The notes under the pieces were generated by a model. It saw only the letters and a list, made by a program, of their open reading frames with translations. It had not been told where the DNA came from and did no database searches. Shown in pieces: positions 63,601 through 64,000 of a DNA stretch of 64,000 nt; the first letter of the stretch is position 1, and every line of letters begins with the position of its first letter. The stretch is taken from the NCBI GenBank assembly GCA_002405805.1, contig DHMN01000028.1:4163-68162 (forward strand), read 5' to 3'. Both the position numbers and the translations under genes were made by a program. This stretch comes from Cyanobacteria bacterium UBA4641. GTDB lineage: Bacteria; Cyanobacteriota; Vampirovibrionia; Gastranaerophilales; Gastranaerophilaceae.

Positions 63601-64000
63601 ATGACTCGTGATGATTTGATTAACTCATTGAACAAAGTTGCAAATTTAAAAACAACAGAAATCACAAATCTTCTTGATAGTATGGGTTTGTCTCACTACA
63701 AAGAACCTTTGCTAAACAGAAAGAAATTCTTGAAATCTTTGCTTGAAGAAATCAAAGCAAATCCGCAAGGCAGTGAATCTACTCTTGAATACATGCACAA
63801 TATGATGAACAAATCATTAGACAAGGCTATTTCTTCTGCTAAATCAGCAGCTGACTTGCAAGATATCAAACAAGCTTTGACTTATGTAAACAATCCAAAA
63901 GCAAAACAACAATTACTTGATAATATTGCAATCAAAGAAAAAGATTTGGCTGCCTCAGCTCCTGCTCCAAAAATCTTGTCAGAAGTTCAGGTTCAAAATC
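57652..64000 (+). CDS. Giant multidomain protein (over 2100 aa, 3' end beyond the window): beta-hairpin repeats, LysM-like x2, hydrophobic/Ala-Gly-rich segment, Pro-rich linker, HD domain, PI3/4-kinase-like domain
   Basis: I translated it by hand and found no stop from ATG 57652 to nt 64000. Absent from the ORF track because it has no stop in the window. LysM-like 'VQNGESIAHLAKIFDVKQGDIIEVN..VGDTVLIP'. 'TPTPKPEVPTKPEIPTSKPEVPTTPEKP'. HD 'HAYSLDSH..LLHDMGK..GHAALS..IENHHW'. Kinase-like 'GTKSGSNKGYYVINKQTGELFYAKFGG..DVLLANWDVVGMSNDNML..IRLDAGGTFDY'. Confidence 0.85.
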   Translation, partial: MCAENVKLNLNKGKLGQADLNQIKGGLKREQIKDKAMLAIFDALDDGNHVLDEKEISKLKTQLQEAAKNSNLSKNEAEKFLKNLFGDKKDKNITNEDLFKFINTLTDNSKNIKNSTATKENGQDVITTEYKDGSVEKIYPDTKKKVIIKDNKTSTYTADNTLQKEEYFDKDGNSVTTTFTDGKPQKKTVKTQTETLHYEVSDKGEKLVKRENNQNKATTDYEYDEKEGTVNETEQNGNVTTKRVRRNGNVETQTAVEKLEDSTVETVTDANGNITKTTVNSDGKRIKQEKTIDGKTYVAEYDGNGNTKVVVQNGESIAHLAKIFDVKQGDIIEVNEPDGKVHQKGSTKFFLVGDTVLIPKELEADDKNLTNRKSSADTIGDYKEDMAEIRRKQQERAARAREKAQEAKAHEAKQKKKASKPRAISFTCKQKNFTEVAKQNLASQGVKNPTKKQLEDRIAQLKKLNPNLKDGQIQGKRITVPCSEETYNRFVGRQKEVTEINKNMRNNRTAKGIANNLYKICDDNAAAIDKPVFWNELKKVNKNNVVAVLDNYDKVLEKHTGDSSLLDTICSEVGASNTNRQKALNHIYNSLEQAAKEAGVSQADLKSARKKFSTSMQHEFDKIGRIDTKEMDKAVDFLRGATAAAKVTKGQGSISTRAAMKSFLNGEDGLVALDKDVQKQYKDARDKEGWVAKTGDWVCGLFGCTTIADMDKKLGKHAGDVKKLVAAANKNDEATFKKLYKQTFGIDFNPKMIQARQTARINYESAAAFNASYKAFAGLESKTKNLNYQSLRNELKKSFKYSDSDIDTLIKSYAQSKGMDSASQADKKYVLDSFIKESKQQYLKEFQKLSKGKTLEQMGKDVDLLTKSAYGTNDIVKDVIQFNENQQMTEMVTSAAFEIAGTIALQFVPGLGQMAAAKLAVSAAKWGARGVKIATYATKAAKAMKTVSTAMNATKKAKIVTQMASAGVATAAVNLSNKKDVKETMRKTLMNMSFAGVGASSSILAPKLMQAFGITNKALATEVAEEIINCAGSYGVTKLAGDDYGKNDAFIDFASGLLMSRISHVKMHKGTKVETPTPKPEVPTKPEIPTSKPEVPTTPEKPIKTDKPIVEHQGAVKPDTETKPSGEANNSKKVPDDFKKSNEKLIDEKDLKNKKKTVTPEEADKFKEAAPSTKPPVADEKPSLQHPQEKKFNGINGEELKFEVISETDFPKGKKSYLTKDDKKIFVDADGKIISVKDYNAGTIKAFDYHNAGDAPSGYTLVNKKQQIIRQVESKVDTNVTKNYETGVETITSTKDGSVITERYMSLSEYPANAPIPDAAKFSKNLKAQIDECTDINKLNKLKDEYNMYNSQYGTADGSLFQALQDKASALQGTAKPTPHKPLSNLVTSSTLDNALENLNMKKYGKKGLPLKYSHDEMLKDLKESLMALPYSERSAIMNKFNIHTIGDELSDIPKLSQIPSTPNEEKILNILNKYSKQNSLQIADPALKAELENFIKDVPEFTFMIGKKQNGVHAYSLDSHTIQNLQKALKYAADANISDEQKEILKMSILLHDMGKQYKGASVSDTGHAALSKQYAENILDRFNYSTETKNKILNLIENHHWFKDFNKGKLSADQVVKMFGDDLTLAQIMAKSDLESVSDTFHLEILEPGKKLSQAEFETKFQEKMDKISSKITPEVLGEELPIGQMDKYKPYYLDKSKIDKLILGKGVELDMNDPKLKQLMNDLKEGESFAIGCTDPHGNYPDVKYQIGKYADGVGSHHVIITKKHGEFVIEVHKDAAVMKDIPTAHNSDPVIANKIEQIKKKATNITSETFNIDGKNVPFEILHGTKSGSNKGYYVINKQTGELFYAKFGGAQGKTELLANKLYAMAGLGTPEMSSFKATDGTVGTLSKYMPDLTSVTHATTKANEGFGMDVLLANWDVVGMSNDNMLKTADGKIIRLDAGGTFDYRAQGKNKPYTSIPMEFVTLMDANINSKSAQIFSKMTRDDLINSLNKVANLKTTEITNLLDSMGLSHYKEPLLNRKKFLKSLLEEIKANPQGSESTLEYMHNMMNKSLDKAISSAKSAADLQDIKQALTYVNNPKAKQQLLDNIAIKEKDLAASAPAPKILSEVQVQN

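Noticed and set aside
1-64000. Alternative genetic code (e.g. UGA recoding) in this AT-rich genome
   Set aside because: Long conserved genes (radA, mnmE, aroA, glyQ, the aminopeptidase P-like gene, AAA+) are full length with standard stops. No in-frame TGA interruptions are needed.

Overview
This is an AT-rich bacterial chromosomal window. It reads in the standard genetic code: long conserved genes such as radA, mnmE, aroA and glyQ are uninterrupted. I can support about 60 protein genes and 3 tRNAs (Ser-GGA, Arg-TCT, Gly-TCC). I saw no rRNA, no CRISPR array and no recognisable transposase or integrase. Housekeeping genes (aroA, rnhB, glyQ, mnmE, radA, tsaC, nanE, an aminopeptidase P-like gene, TrmH-family methylase, PpiC, family-4 UDG, M16 peptidase, rmuC, a GltD-like oxidoreductase, a YbhFSR-like ABC exporter) are interleaved with accessory or unusual material. 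(1) A tightly packed five-gene minus-strand operon at 3641-8332 encodes a ComEA-like membrane HhH protein, an NrdG-like radical SAM protein, a Ycf46-like AAA+ ATPase, an internally duplicated DUF1257-like protein and DUF2997. This is my best candidate for an uncharacterised system. (2) A NERD + class-II Fic pair sits next to tRNA-Arg. (3) Four prepilin-like genes are each paired divergently with a small XRE-type HTH gene. (4) A family of nested palindromic intergenic repeats (GTCAnnCTGAA hairpins) occupies at least 8 intergenic loci, and some hairpins are split by roughly 50-nt inserts in the loop. (5) The 3' end of tRNA-Gly is duplicated. (6) Three secreted or envelope proteins, one with SLH domains, share a beta-rich module followed by a glycine-rich hydrophobic module. 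(7) A BlaI-type repressor is followed by a serpin-like secreted protein rather than a BlaR1 sensor. (8) A giant open reading frame of more than 2100 codons starts at 57652 and runs off the window. The supplied ORF track misses it because it has no stop in the window. It carries LysM-like, hydrophobic, Pro-rich, HD and PI3/4-kinase-like segments. As taxonomic inference only, the Ycf46/DUF1257/DUF2997 genes, the SLH envelope protein and the many 'FTLAEVLITLGIIG' pilin-like genes suggest a non-photosynthetic cyanobacterial relative (Melainabacteria-like) or a similar diderm anaerobe. All homology calls come from motif reading by eye. No searches were run.
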